NCBI RefSeq assembly: GCF_001194135.2
Contig: NC_068999.1
Coordinates: forward strand, 12,336,515-12,400,514
Direction: 5' to 3'
From: Octopus bimaculoides
Lineage: Eukaryota
DNA length: 64,000 nucleotides
Below the pieces are notes generated by a model. That model did not search any database and had not been told where the DNA came from. It saw only the letters and a list, made by a program, of their open reading frames with translations. Every line of letters starts with the position of its first letter. Position 1 is the stretch's first letter. Below, piece after piece: positions 25,282 to 39,140 of this stretch. A program made the translations under genes and the position numbers.

Positions 25282-26830
25282 CTTTCACCGTTCTTGCCCC
25301 TGATATTTATTGTATCCATGCTAATTACTAGAACTATTCAATAGTTTACGTTGCTTCAATGCTTTCTTTTTCTCACTCATTCAAATATTGAACCACCTCC
25401 AATCACATAAGCCTTTATTAGACGTAATGAGTAGGCTACAAGCAAAATGTATACCCAAGTATATTACTGGTGACCCAGCAAAAAATATACAGCATCTGGC
25501 AAAGCTAATAAAAGGCAAATGGTAAAGTGAATCAGTTTTATTCATCTCTTCTTTTTTTCCCATGAAAATAGATAACATTTCTATATTTCAGTATCGAGTG
25601 ATTTTACATCTAATCTTATTGGTTCTCATTTTATATTTCCCATAAAAGAGGGACACATTCAAGCATATATACACATACAGAGATAGATATGTACATACAT
25701 GCCTACAACCGCACATACATACATGCATACATACATATATGCATACATACGTATACAGTGTATTTATAAAATGATTTTAGTGTATCGAAATCAATAAATT
25801 TCTTATATTTCTTATTGACTAAATATTGATTTGAGTAACTATAATATATTATGAAACGTTACTCAAACACTAGGACAATTATATATATATATATATATAT
25901 ATATATNNNNNNNNNNNNNNNNNNNNNNNNNNNNNNNNNNNNNNNNNNNNNNNNNNNNNNNNNNNNNNNNNNNNNNNNNNNNNNNNNNNNNNNNNNNNNN
26001 NNNNNNNNNNNNNNNNNNNNNNNNNNNNNNNNNNNNNNNNNNATATATATATATGCGTACATATATATGTATATATGTATATGTATGTATATATGTTTGT
26101 GTGTATCTGCAAGCATGTATATAAAATAAATATGTACATAAATCTTTGCATGTATGTACGCACAAAGATATATGCATGGAATTGAATAATATATACATTT
26201 GTGTCTATGCACATATAGATAGCATATACACTTTCAATTGGATGAATCGATATACACGTAAATGTGTGTATGTGCATGCGTGCACATATTTGCGTGTGTG
26301 TGTCTATGCGTGTGAATTTGTATGTGCATGTGTGTGTGTGTGTGTGTGTGTATGTACTTATGTTAATAAAATTGGATCGCTGCCAGTTTCAATGTTGAAC
26401 ATTTATTTGCTTGATCGACTAACTTCCTTGTTGAATTCATGTGCAAGAGACTGAACAATCCATAGATATTTGAAGGTTAAACTTACTTGAGAAACCGAAT
26501 CACCGTGACATAGTGCGTTATGTTGGCCCTTGAAATTACTCACAAAATCATTCCGACAGTCTTCCTCGTAGTTTCTACTTAATTTCACTTATATCGTTGT
26601 GCCTTAGTCTACGGTAGAAGTCACGTGCTGAAGACAACACAATGTTGGATCGAAGCCGAAATATCATCGACGCAATCATGGCATATTGATCTTTACGGTT
26701 CTGCCATGATAACAGATAGTGATATTATATATGTATATTGAATGTATGTTATTTATATTCCCTTTATGCAAGAAGGGATAGCTAAACTCAACAGCTGAAT
26801 AGATATTTTATAATTTTCATTCGGAAAATT

Positions 26831-26941
26831 GCACTAAGCATAACCGTAAAGTAAAATTACTACCTACCTTTAGACAAGGTTGATGCAGGTAGCTTTTAGT
26901 TCATGCAATTGAAAAAATGCATTATTTATGAGATGACCCAA
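26831..26941 (-). mobile_element. Isolated 5' terminus (TIR plus leader) of the 21014-21839 mariner family
   Basis: Aligns by eye with 21722-21839 (gtaaaattactacc..atgcaggtag..ttcatgcaattgaaaaa..tatgagatgacccaa), followed by TA. Confidence 0.8.
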
Positions 26942-27611
26942 TATATTGTGAGTGGGGACGATTGACTGCTATCTTTAGTAGGTGCGTGTCCAGTACCGAT
27001 GGAGGGTAAATACCCAGAAACAATAGACTACTTGTCTTGCAAAGCTGGAGGGGAATGTTTCGCTCCTTTACCCACAATGTATTGGGCACAGGTTGTGTGT
27101 TATTAACCAACTGGAAAATACGTCTTTCTGGGGTTAAGTTGTAGTAACATAGTTCTCTATAGAACAGTCATGTTATAGTGGCAAAAGGACGTTAGCGTAT
27201 ATANNNNNNNNNNNNNNNNNNNNNNNNNNNNNNNNNNNNNNNNNNNNNNNNNNNNNNNNNNNNNNNNNNNNNNNNNNNNNNNNNNNNNNNNNNNNNNNNN
27301 NNNNNNNNNNNNNNNNNNNNNNNNNNNNNNNNNNNNNNNNNNNNNNNNNNNNNNNNNNNNNNNNNNNNNNNNNNNNNNNNNNNNNNNNNNNNNNNNNNNN
27401 NNNNNNNNNNNNNNNNNNNNNNNNNNNNNNNNNNNNNNNNNNNNNNNNNNNNNNNNNNNNNNNNNNNNNNNNNNNNNNNNNNNNNNNNNNNNNNNNNNNN
27501 NNNNNNNNNNNNNNNNNNNNNNNNNNNNNNNNNNNNNNNNNNNNNNNNNNNNNNNNNNNNNNNNNNNNNNNNNNNNNNNNNNNNNNNNNNNNNNNNNNNN
27601 NNNNNNNNNNN

Positions 27612-27672
<61 letters not shown>

Positions 27673-27759
27673 TCTTTCTGATAATTGGTTGTCAAGGTGG
27701 CGATACTGGTAACAAAGAAATATCATCTTTGATTGCAATACTTGGTAAAATTAAAGCAT

Positions 27760-29460
27760 TTTATGGTAACGATCTACACATATTCTCTTTTATATAAGGT
27801 CTCCGAGTAAAAATGGGTTTTCATTCGATCTTGCAGCCATTAGTATAGTATTTTTAATGCTCGCTGTATAAGAGAAAAAAAAATTAGTAGCAGTATTTTT
27901 CCCAAAATCTTGACATATGAAGTATTATTGAAATACCTTTTCTGTGTTTTTTTAATTGCATTCCATCGTTTATAGACACTGATTGCGGACGATACTGAAC
28001 TTCCTGTTTGGTAAAGTTGATCTCCGATTTATGTATAATTTCTGGAGCAATACAAAACAACTTGATAAGGCAAGATTGATTATTTATGAAATTACAGTTT
28101 CCTTGGATACAATTGTTATTATGTTACGTTTTTAGTTTACTTCTAATATACATCATAGCGTTGCTAAATTTTTCTTCTTGTTCAGGTTTGTAATTTTGAT
28201 ATTTCACATTTTATTTCCTGTATTTTAATTTCACTTACTCTTATATCCCAATTTCCTTCTTTTATACCTTCATTCCATCTGTTTACACTTGCGTCTCCTA
28301 TTTTTCTGTTTATATTTCAAAGTTCGCAGTGTCTAATAATATATCATATAAAGGTTACACTAGTTGATAATTCTTATACGTGAAAAAGTAATTATTTTCA
28401 GACCTGAAGGCTATTTAGATAATCGTTGCATATTATATAAGATGAATAAATACTTCCTCATATAAAGAATTCAGCATTTTTTGTAATGTGGATATTTTTG
28501 TGTGGCCAAAAGATAATAAGAAAAAAGTCGGTTGCTACATTTAAAATCTTAATTACATTTTAATTACAAATTTAATCTATTCGACCGCACAGCAATCTAT
28601 TCGACCGCACTTTTCAAGTTCCATCGATTTGTCAGACATAGCAGTAAATTACTCTCCACAATGAATATCAGAAGCCATATGTTTAAGGAAAATATAGCCT
28701 TAACATGTTGAAACAATTATGGATGGAATGTTGTTGATCACAAGAATTATATTTAGGTTATACATGGGCTGAATAACAACTTCATGATGGATAACAACCA
28801 GCTCTTAAGAAATAAGAGAAACNNNNNNNNNNNNNNNNNNNNNNNNNNNNNNNNNNNNNNNNNNNNNNNNNNNNNNNNNNNNNNNNNNNNNNNNNNNNNN
28901 NNNNNNNNNNNNNNNNNNNNNNNNNNTATATATATATATATATATTCTTATCATATTACCATCGTTACCATGTCGTATTCATAAATTTCAAATTGTATAT
29001 AATGAGACATCTGTGATTGTACAAATATTCTTATTAGAAACTACCGAGTTAAGGAAACAAATTTGTTCAGCAATGATGGAAGATCATTCAATATTCTATA
29101 ATACATATCAGTGCATTAACTTGCCTGTAACTATCAGAGATTTCAGTAACATTGCCTGTAAGAATTTCCGGCATATCAAATGAATATTTCGAATTTATCT
29201 TCCTTGTATATTATTTGATATTATTTGTGTTTTATCGAATTTATATATCAAAGTTACTTGGTATTATATTCAATGCATTCTTCTTAGTAGTTTCAGTAGA
29301 CGACTTTACTTGTTAACCTTTCAGCAGGAATGTATTCTGTGTGACAAGTCTTTATACTGAGTGACTTTTACGTATGGCTTCTTAAATAACTTCTATGAAT
29401 GATTCCTTCATAATTACAGATATGTTTCCATGGTTAGTGTTTTTTTTTATGGCTAAATGT
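27760..29460 (-). mobile_element. Very decayed Penelope-like element remnant (tentative)
   Basis: Scattered minus-strand motif echoes: SFDMPE (cf. SFDIVEFYP) near 29170, INNIPSII (cf. SNHPPSII) near 28720 and EAYVK..H (cf. EAFITLKDH) near 29370; interrupted by a gap. Confidence 0.35.
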
Positions 29461-29751
29461 TAGAACGATGGCGGTGGTATATTCAGAATGGTGTCGCAAA
29501 TAAAATACATATATTTAATGAAGTGCATGGAATATCTCCGGGATGAGACAATGCATGGGATCTGAGATAAGACGCCATGGTAAAAAAAAACAAAAAAACC
29601 TGAGAATGTCGAAATATACAAAAAAAAGTAAAATATTATTACTCTTGGTGATCAGTCGAGAAACGATATGATAAAAAATATCACAGTCGTATGTTTTTAC
29701 ATAAAATTTGAAGATCACTAAGTTCACAATAGTGATCTCAGTTGGCTTGTG

Positions 29752-29989
29752 TTTCTTATTTCTTTATTGCTCACAAGGAGCTAGCCACAGAGGGGACAAG
29801 CAAGGGCAGACAAAGGGATTAAGTAGATTACATCCACCCCAGTACGTAACTGGTATTTAATTTATCGAGCTCGAAAGGATGAAATTCAAAGTCGACCTAG
29901 GCGGAATTTGAAGTCAGAACATAACGGCAGGCGACATTCCGCTAAGCATTTCGCCCGACGTTCTAACGTTTCTGTCAGCTCGACGCCTT
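29752..29989 (-). mobile_element. tRNA-derived SINE family B (Meta-domain-like), full length
   Basis: Reverse complement of the 30358-30594 copy: head aaggcgtcgagctgacagaaacgttag, core tttcatcctttcg..gataaattaaatacca, tail ...aataaagaaataagaaa. Confidence 0.9.
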
Positions 29990-30107
29990 ATGGTTTTTAG
30001 TTTCTTTTGTGATATGACAAATTTTGGGACATTTTGGCTAACGTATCTAAAATATCGAAATTACGACTATAACCTCAGCATTTCTTGTTGTTTAGCTCTT
30101 GTGCGTG

Positions 30108-30166
<59 letters not shown>

Positions 30167-30270
30167 AAGAGTGTATGAGAAGAGGTAAATGAAGGTGAAC
30201 ATATCTAAGAGTAAGGTAATGAGATGTTCGAGAGATGGAATGTCTGGTAGAATGAATGTATCGATGGTGA

Positions 30271-30350
30271 GATGTAATCGACTTAATCCCTTTGCCTGTC
30301 CTTGTTTGTCCCTTATATGTTTAGCCCCCTGTGGTCAATAACGAAATAAG
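30271..30350 (+). mobile_element. SINE family B 3' fragment
   Basis: gatgtaatcgacttaatccctttgcctgtccttgtttgtccc..caataacgaaataag duplicates the 3' third of the adjacent full copy. Confidence 0.88.
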
Positions 30351-30357
30351 TAGTTAT

Positions 30358-30594
30358 AAGGCGGCGAACTGGCTTAACCGTTAGCACGCCGGGTGAAATT
30401 CCTAGCGGCATTTCGTCTACCGTTATGTTCTAAGTTCAAATTCCTCCGAGGTCGACATTGCCTTTCATCCTTTCGCGGTCGATTAAATAAGTACCAGTTC
30501 GGCACTAGGGTTGGATGGAACCGACTTAATCCCTTTGTCTGTGCTTGTTTGTCCCCACTATGCTTAACCCCTTGTGGGCAATACAGAAATAAAT
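30358..30594 (+). mobile_element. tRNA-derived SINE family B (Meta-domain-like), full length
   Basis: Head aaggcggcgaactggc with B-box-like agttcaaattcc; core gcctttcatcctttcgcggtcgattaaataagtaccag resembles the Meta domain as I recall it. Confidence 0.9.
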
Positions 30595-30762
30595 ATTATC
30601 AATTTCCATAAACAGTGCAGGTGAAAGAAAAATTTACGTGCATCATTGACATGCAAAAAATAAAAAAAGAAATGAAAACTATTTTGAATTGATAATTAAG
30701 TAAACACAGTAATTTTGCCTTGTTATTTTTAATTACAACCATTCTTTTATTCTGTTACTTTT

Positions 30763-31070
30763 TTTTTTACTTGCTTTTAGTTGTTTGACTGCGGCCAAGC
30801 TGGGGCTAACCTTGCACAGTTTTTAGGGGAGAACATAGACAGCAATACCTATTTTTCAATTCTGACATATATTCTAACGTTCTGTTTGCCAAACTGCTAT
30901 GTTACGAGCAAGTAACAGCTCCACAATGATTGTCAAGCGGGGATGGGGAAACAAACGCATATACACACAAACACAGGTACGCACACACGCACATACTCAC
31001 ACATATACACATATATAGGTATATATGTATGTATACATACAACGGACTTCTTTCAGTTTCCGTCTACATT
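30763..31070 (-). mobile_element. SINE family A, 5' truncated, decayed
   Basis: Tail ttacttgcttttagttgtttgactgcggccaagctgg, body, CA/TA microsatellite and acaacggacttctttcagtttccgtctac on the reverse strand. Confidence 0.8.
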
Positions 31071-31857
31071 TATTCAATTTATGGATATGTTAATCCACAC
31101 ATATATTAGGGTCTCTCTCTCCGTCTTTTCCTCTCCCCATCTGATTTCTTTACGCATTCGTTCCTGTAGAAGAGCGTAGATTCGAAACATCAAATACTCT
31201 TCCATTTTTCTAGAATGTCAAACCAATACACCTTGTTTGGTGTTCCCTCACCTGTCTCTGCCGTTTTTGTACAATTTTAAACAATATATATATNNNNNNN
31301 NNNNNNNNNNNNNNNNNNNNNNNNNNNNNNNNNNNNNNNNNNNNNNNNNNNNNNNNNNNNNNNNNNNNNNNNNNNNNNNNNNNNNNNNNNNNNNNNNNNN
31401 NNNNNNNNNNNNNNNNNNNNNNNNNNNNNNNNNNNNNNNNNNNNNNNNNNNNNNNNNNNNNNNNNNNNNNNNNNNNNNNNNNNNNNNNNNNNNNNNNNNN
31501 NNNNNNNNNNNNNNNNNNNNNNNNNNNNNNNNNNNNNNNNNNNNNNNNNNNNNNNNNNNNNNNNNNNNNNNNNNNNNNNNNNNNNNNNNNNNNNNNNNNN
31601 NNNNNNNNNNNNNNNNNNNNNNNNNNNNNNNNNNNNNNNNNNNNNNNNNNNNNNNNNNNNNNNNNNNNNNNNNNNNNNNNNNNNNNNNNNNNNNNNNNNN
31701 NNNNNNNNNNNNNNNNNNNNNNNNNNNNNNNNNNNNNNNNNNNNNNNNNNNNNNNNNNNNNNNNNNNNNNNNNNNNNNNNNNNNNNNNNNNNNNNNNNNN
31801 NNNNNNNNNNNNNNNNNNNNNNNNNNNNNNNNNNNNNNNNNNNNNNNNNNNNNNNNN

Positions 31858-31899
<42 letters not shown>

Positions 31900-33314
31900 T
31901 CAATATTACTTATTGGATGGAGATAGCTTTAACAACGATTACAAGATATATTCGATGAAAGCTGAGCTGTGACCACATGGCACATATATACCCGATACGT
32001 AATCTGAGAAACGTGAAGATCAAACATTTCGATCATTCGTTCAGAGACGACACGACTCTACATTTACCAGATTACTGGAGGTGGTACCTAGAACAACAGC
32101 GGGTATATCGACTGTTAGTTCGAAGATGAGAAAACTCCGCTGTGATGTAGATGAATCGCTGCAGGTAAAAAATCCGAAGAAATATCATACATATATATGT
32201 ATTTATGGCTACGTACATACTTATGCATGTATACATATAATTGTATATGTATGTGTATGAGTGTCTATACAGACACACAAATATGTATGTATAATATATA
32301 TATATATATATATAAATGTATATATGTACTTACAAACATACGTGCATATATCCATATATACATGTGAGTGTATGTGCGTGTATACGTATTATACTTGTGT
32401 GCGTTTATGAATGTACATGGAAGCCTACACAGGAAAGTAGATTGATATAATTGAATTTAGCATTGCTGCGCCTAAATCCAATGATTTATACCGCGGAAGT
32501 TTTTCTGTATAGTGATAATATTCACCGAAGTCTCCGTATCTTGACCTCATTGATATGCTCTGAAGACGTACGTACACACATATCGATACGCGATGAAATG
32601 TACGCATACATAAATACACAATAAATACTCGCAATCGAATCATATTTTTAGACAGATAGACATACACCCCCACACACATGCATATTATATATATATATAT
32701 ATATATATNNNNNNNNNNNNNNNNNNNNNNNNNNNNNNNNNNNNNNNNNNNNNNNNNNNNNNNNNNNNNNNNNNNNNNNNNNNNNNNNNNNNNNNNNNNN
32801 NNNNNNNNNNNNNNNNNNNNNNNNNNNNNNNNNNNNNNNNNNNNNNNNNNNNNNNNNNNNNNNNNNNNNNNNNNNNNNNNNNNNNNNNNNNNNNNNNNNN
32901 NNNNNNNNNNNNNNNNNNNNNNNNNNNNNNNNNNNNNNNNNNNNNNNNNNNNNNNNNNNNNNNNNNNNNNNNNNNNNNNNNNNNNNNNNNNNNNNNNNNN
33001 NNNNNNNNNNNNNNNNNNNNNNNNNNNNNNNNNNNNNNNNNNNNNNNNNNNNNNNNNNNNNNNNNNNNNNNNNNNNNNNNNNNNNNNNNNNNNNNNNNNN
33101 NNNNNNNNNNNNNNNNNNNNNNNNNNNNNNNNNNNNNNNNNNNCATAACGGCATATTTTGCTATACTACCGCAGCATTCGAGTCAATGCTCTCCTCCCAA
33201 TTCCGATTCTATGGACAGTCTTTAACAACTTCCTTCTGGTTATCTCACCCGAAGAGGAAGACCCGTACACTGTCATGAATATACATCACACTATTCCTTA
33301 TTACATTAATATTA

Positions 33315-33420
33315 TCCTTTTATTCTTTTGTCCTGTTACTTGTTTCAGTCATTTGACTGCGGCTATGCTGGAGCACCGCCTTTAGTCGAACCAATCGACC
33401 CCCGGACTTATTATTCCTTT
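33315..33420 (-). mobile_element. SINE family A 3' fragment
   Basis: ttacttgtttcagtcatttgactgcggctatgctggagcaccgcctttagtcgaaccaatcgacccc is the reverse complement of the family A tail. Confidence 0.88.
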
Positions 33421-33551
33421 CCACTGAATACTGTGTATACTTACAGTTTTTTCTATCATTTTATTTTATGTAAACCCCACCGCACATACAGACTTTATGT
33501 TTGTCTTTGTATTTCCTCCCATATCCTTCACCTTGGTGTCAAATAAATGAA

Positions 33552-33564
33552 ATTATTATTATTA

Positions 33565-33628
<64 letters not shown>

Positions 33629-33670
33629 GATTATTATTATTATTATTATTATTATTATTGTTGTCGTTGC

Positions 33671-33719
<49 letters not shown>

Positions 33720-33790
33720 ATTGTCTTTGTTATTTTCATCACCATCATCAACATCATCATCGTCGTCGTCTTCGTTGCTGCTGTTGTAAT
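33552..33790 (+). repeat. Compound trinucleotide array (ATT)(GTT)(CAT)(CGT)
   Basis: Read directly from the sequence. Confidence 0.95.
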
Positions 33791-34664
33791 TATCATGTAT
33801 ATAGATTTTGTCGTTATTACTATCTGCCACCTTCAGCAACAGCCTATTGCATCAATATTTCATGTCACAAATACTGCATTATTGATATCAGATAAGTATC
33901 TTAACGGTAGCATCTATATTATTTCTGAACGCATGCCGTAGTAAACTTTAACTCCTAGATTAGTGCCACTGCTACAAATCAAGAAGAACAGTTCTCCATG
34001 ACCCTAATCGTTCGCTCCTCCCAGCAGTCGTATCACTTTCAAACTGCAAAATGGAATCTTAAAAATGCTCTGTAAAAACATAATAGACTGGAAAAAACAT
34101 AACAGAATCCTACTTCTGGCACAGTGGTAGCTTCAAACTTTTGCTAATTTGATGCAAACCACTCTTAGGAGTAACAAGCCATTCTTAACAGTAACAAAAC
34201 AAGCGTGGGAATAAAAGCAACACACAAGAATAACAATAGAACAACAGTAGCATTAACAGTAATAAAGCAAAATTAGAAACAAGGGCAGTAACTCATTCTT
34301 CATTGGGAAACCTCATATATCTTGTTTAAATCTAATTGAAATACGATCGTTTGGTAAAATATATGCTCCTGGAGGCGTTAACTTTTATGGAGGAATGTAT
34401 GATTAGCTATTCCCACATGTATTTCCCTTATCTAAGATTGAGCAATCTGATTCAAAGAAGGTTGAGCAGCCCTTTCTTTCTAATTGAGCAACTTCAGAGG
34501 TTCTATCCGGGTTTGAAATATTCAAACACTAAACCGGCTCTCGCTAGACATTCTATTTTGATATACAGAATTTCAAAGGGACATAAGTTGTAGTGAAGGA
34601 AGCCTTGAAATATCAACGGTTCTAGCTCACATCTGAAGGTGTTCGGAAGTGTTCATGGTTGGTT

Positions 34665-35033
34665 GGCACTCCGTTGGTTACGACGACGTGGGTACCAGTT
34701 GATCCGATCAACCGGACAGCCTGCACGTGAAATTAACGTGCAAGTGGCTGAGCATTCCACAGACACGTGTACCATTAACGTAGTTCTCGGGGAAATTTCA
34801 CAGGACACAGAGTGTGATATTGCTGGCCCTGTGAAATACAGGATAACAGAAACAGGAAGCAAGAGTGAGAGAAAGTTGTGGTGAAAGAGTACAGCAGAGT
34901 TCACCACCATCCCCTGCCAGAGCCTCGTGGAACTTTAGATGTTTTCGCTCAATAAACACTCACAATGCCCGGTCTGGGAATCGAAACCGCGATCCTACGA
35001 CCGCGGGTCTGCTGCCCCAACCGCTGGACCATT
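34665..35033 (-). mobile_element. tRNA-derived SINE family C (head type 1)
   Basis: Minus-strand head aatggtccagcggttggggcagc..ggtttcgattcccagaccggg; body shared with 44321-44700, 45729-46050 and 55972-56285. Confidence 0.9.
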
Positions 35034-35503
35034 AACCAACAAATATATTTGTGTTCAATTCTGAAAATCCCTTCATTACCTACGTCTCAAAGAATATGTA
35101 TACGTCTCCCCATCTTCACCTCTTGATGATAAACATATTTTTGTCACATATGGTAGTAAGTTATCGTATTTGGTGTTGTTATTTGGTACTACTTTAAACG
35201 CTAGCATTATACGCTCTATGAGAAATCGTTAACTTTGATATATTTCATTTTATATCTCAAATATGATTGACTTAAAGTCACCGATCCATTTGAACATGAC
35301 CGCAGTGTCAGAAATCTAAAATTGACAAAAGGGAGTAGAATTATAATTAACGTTGGTCTTACATTTGAGCGTGATATATATTAACGAGTCTCCTAGTTGA
35401 CAGGAATACATATATATGTCTGTATACGTACTTGTGTGTGTTCGTAACTTACATAGTTCCATATACGTGTAGGTAATATACGTATACACACACATACTTT
35501 TCC

Positions 35504-35559
<56 letters not shown>

Positions 35560-35563
<4 letters not shown>

Positions 35564-35616
35564 TTATTCATTCATGTGTTTCAGCCAAGTGGCTGCGGTC
35601 ATGCTGGTGCACCACC
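35560..35616 (-). mobile_element. Isolated LINE/SINE 3' tail fragment
   Basis: Minus strand ggtggtgcaccagcatgaccgcagccacttggctgaaacacatgaatgaataaa; same tail architecture as SINE A, ending in a (TA)n run. Confidence 0.7.
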
Positions 35617-36244
35617 GTGATGTTCACGTTCCTCGGATATATATATATATATATATATATATGCGTGTGAGAGAAAGAGAAAGCGAAAGGGAACTATGGA
35701 GAGACAGGCAGAGCGAGTGATATCATCTTTTATCGCCTGACTCCCCTTATCTCTCCCGAAGGTGAGATACTGCTCATTAGTTATTTATTCCATTTTTCTC
35801 GATAGAGAAATAAATGAAATAAATGAAATGAAATGAAGCGAACACAACACATAATTTTAACATTTTTACTCAGTTTGATTCTCCTTTGTTTTATCCTTTC
35901 ATCTACGAAGTCCTTTGTAATCGTAGATAAAAGCTGCAATTAGATTTTGATTTAATCTCCTCGGTGCAAAATAATTATTGTTCTGTTAATTGCATTATTT
36001 ACATTACAAAGAAAGCATACACACACATATTTATATACGCGCGCGCAAGCACATACACACAGATATATATATATATAGATATATGATATATGAATGTATA
36101 TAAATATGTATGTGCAATTTATTTTTGGCATAGTACAATATGTCCCGCAAGATGCTTAGTAGTTTCATACGTAAGACTACAGTAGCGGGCACACACACAT
36201 GCATATGTATACACACATTTACATACACACAGACGTATATATAC

Positions 36245-36369
<125 letters not shown>

Positions 36370-37040
36370 TATGCATACACACACATTAATATATATACAC
36401 ACATACATACATAAGCATACACAGACACACATATACACGAATCCGCCTATCAATGAGTGCACTTTTAGATATATCGATTTTATATGTATGCATATATATA
36501 TAAGAAAAATAAATCTAGATAGTTTCAACTGATTCTGTAGCTCTACTGATTCTGGTAAACACTGCCATATTTTACTAGAAAGCTTGCAGTTTAAATGACA
36601 ACGTCACATATTTTGCAGTCGAATATGTAATCAATTAAATTGCTTCTGGAAATTATACGTTGGCTATTTTATACACGCTGGAACGAAAAACGTCAAATTT
36701 GACATCGGAAATATTTCACCTGAATACGTAATATTACAAGGCATATGGACAAATATTTTAAGCAAAAAGAAAAAGAATAATGAACAAACAAACAAACAAA
36801 AATCGCTCATACCCGTACACGTGTGCTTCAGCATATATAATTCCATAGGTAACCTTGGCAATTTCTTGAAATTATTAACTTCGGACTGATGTCAATTGCA
36901 GTGTATTTCACGGGGCATAATATGAGAATGCAAAATACAGGTAGTTAAAAACTCTAAGAATTTTCTTCGGATTTGAGCCTATTCAGTGACCAAGAGACAA
37001 TGCGTCAATAACAAAAGGTTGATATCTAAAGTATACGATT

Positions 37041-37423
37041 TACTCTTTCACTCTTTTACTTGTTTCAGTCATTTGTCTGCGGCCATACTGGAGTACCGCC
37101 TTTAGTCGAGCAAATCGATCCCAGGACTTATTCTTTGTAAGCCTAGTACTTACTCTATCGGTCTCTTTTGCCAAACCGCTAAGTTACAGGGTCGTAAACA
37201 CACGAGCATCGGTCGTCGAGCGATGTTGCGGAGACAAACACAGGTACACAAACATATACACACACATACATATACATATATACAACGGGTTTCTTTCAGT
37301 TTCCGTCTACCAAATCCACTCACAAGGCTTTGGTCGGCCCGAAGCTATAGTAGAAGACACTTGCCAAACATGCCACGCAGTGGGAATGAACCCGGAACCA
37401 TGTGGTTGGTAAGCAAGCTACTT
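37041..37423 (-). mobile_element. SINE family A, lacking about 25 nt of the 5' head
   Basis: Near-complete reverse complement of 12094-12526, including the internal CA/TA tract. Confidence 0.92.
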
Positions 37424-38561
37424 CATTTCAACAATTTGGCCATTAAGGCCTTACAAAGAGGGGCGAGCAAAGACAGACAAACATAAAGTAGCTTCGGGCT
37501 GGACACAGACATTAATGGGATGATGGTGATAACAACATAGACGAAATAATAAATGGGAGGATGAAATAATAATGGGAAAAATATCTAAGATGAATAACAT
37601 ATTTTACATAGCTTTCTAAGATGGTCATTCATTATTTAAGAAGGCAAAAAATAAATAAGATCGAACACGTTGTTAATAATATTGTATTGGTTTACTAGAT
37701 GGGTAGACCCATTGAAGACTTTATTAAGAACCGAGTATTCTTGTTGAAATGCCTGTGAATGAGCAGAAAAATAGGATTGTTGTATTGCTGCCCACACCAA
37801 CATGAATTATTACTCATTTAAACTGATTGAAATATATCATGCACAATCAATGGACGTATACCTGAGGACTTATGAAAATGAACTCTAAAAATAATGTTTT
37901 GTGTCTTCCTCAGCGGAGGACAGTCTCTTGCCTAGACTCATCTTTACGTTTAGTTTGGCAATACAAGTAATCTTCCGGTGACTGGGTTTTGTTCTCCTTG
38001 CTTAGTTGTGGAATCATTCGACTAGTAGCAACTACAGCTACAATACTGAGTAAGACTATACTTGTCAAGATTCAATATTCGACTATATCTATCTGGTGTC
38101 TGCAAAGTTACAACAGAGAATGACTAAAACGAATATATGACCTCCACTTTTCCATTGTTATTCTTTCTTTAGTGATTCTCAAAAGTATTTAAAGCAAACT
38201 CGACGTAGCATGGTTCGAAGGCTAATCTAGATTGCTGAAACGATATCATAATCAGGGACAAATGTCCCAGCATTTACTTTATCTTTAAATAGTCAATAGT
38301 ATTCACTCGTTGTTCTATTGATATGCATATATAATTGCTCACTAAATTTGTGTCTGTAGTCCGGAATATATTATTAGATGGAGAAAACTTTCCCAATAGG
38401 AGACAGGAAAGAAAATCAATGTAGAAAGAAACTTATAATTTTAGTTGTATAACTTTAGAAATATTTTCAAACTGTGTTAATTGAACCAACGTGACTAGAT
38501 TCAGAATATATCAAAACATGACTATAGCAATTTCTTTTTGTATTTTTTGAAAACTATAACA

Positions 38562-38605
<44 letters not shown>

Positions 38606-38774
38606 TGTAAATTAAACTTTATTAAATACAAAACAAACAGTGATTAAAAAGTGAAATGAGTAAATATTCAAACTGTGATATCGTCATTGTATATTTGAAT
38701 CTTTTATTTCCATTCGGATGTTTACGAATGATGATAATAAGGAGGGTAAGAATGGAATAGTCGTAGCACCAGAA

Positions 38775-38791
38775 TTAATAATAATAATAAC

Positions 38792-38850
<59 letters not shown>

Positions 38851-38865
38851 TAATGGTGATAATGA

Positions 38866-38949
<84 letters not shown>

Positions 38950-38956
38950 GAATAAC

Positions 38957-39015
<59 letters not shown>

Positions 39016-39068
39016 TAATATTAATAATGATAACGATGATGATAATAATAATGATACTAATAATGATG

Positions 39069-39124
<56 letters not shown>

Positions 39125-39140
39125 GATAATGCTGATATTA
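38775..39140 (+). repeat. (AAT)n array with embedded (ACT)n and (GAT) variants
   Basis: Read directly from the sequence. Confidence 0.95.

Noticed and set aside
25032-25319. Asp/Ser/Arg-rich 95 aa ORF resembling an acidic nuclear protein
   Set aside because: It is the translation of the compound trinucleotide array; there is no non-repeat coding context or splice evidence.
26625-26670. CTGAAGA..GAAA spacing
   Set aside because: Stem I cannot form and stem II is not adjacent to GAAA.
34330-34600. Possible R4-like thumb echo on the minus strand
   Set aside because: The similarity is marginal.
37900-37960. GLPQ..DSLLPRLIFT echo of an RLE-LINE RT motif
   Set aside because: A single motif requiring a frameshift, unsupported by neighbouring motifs.
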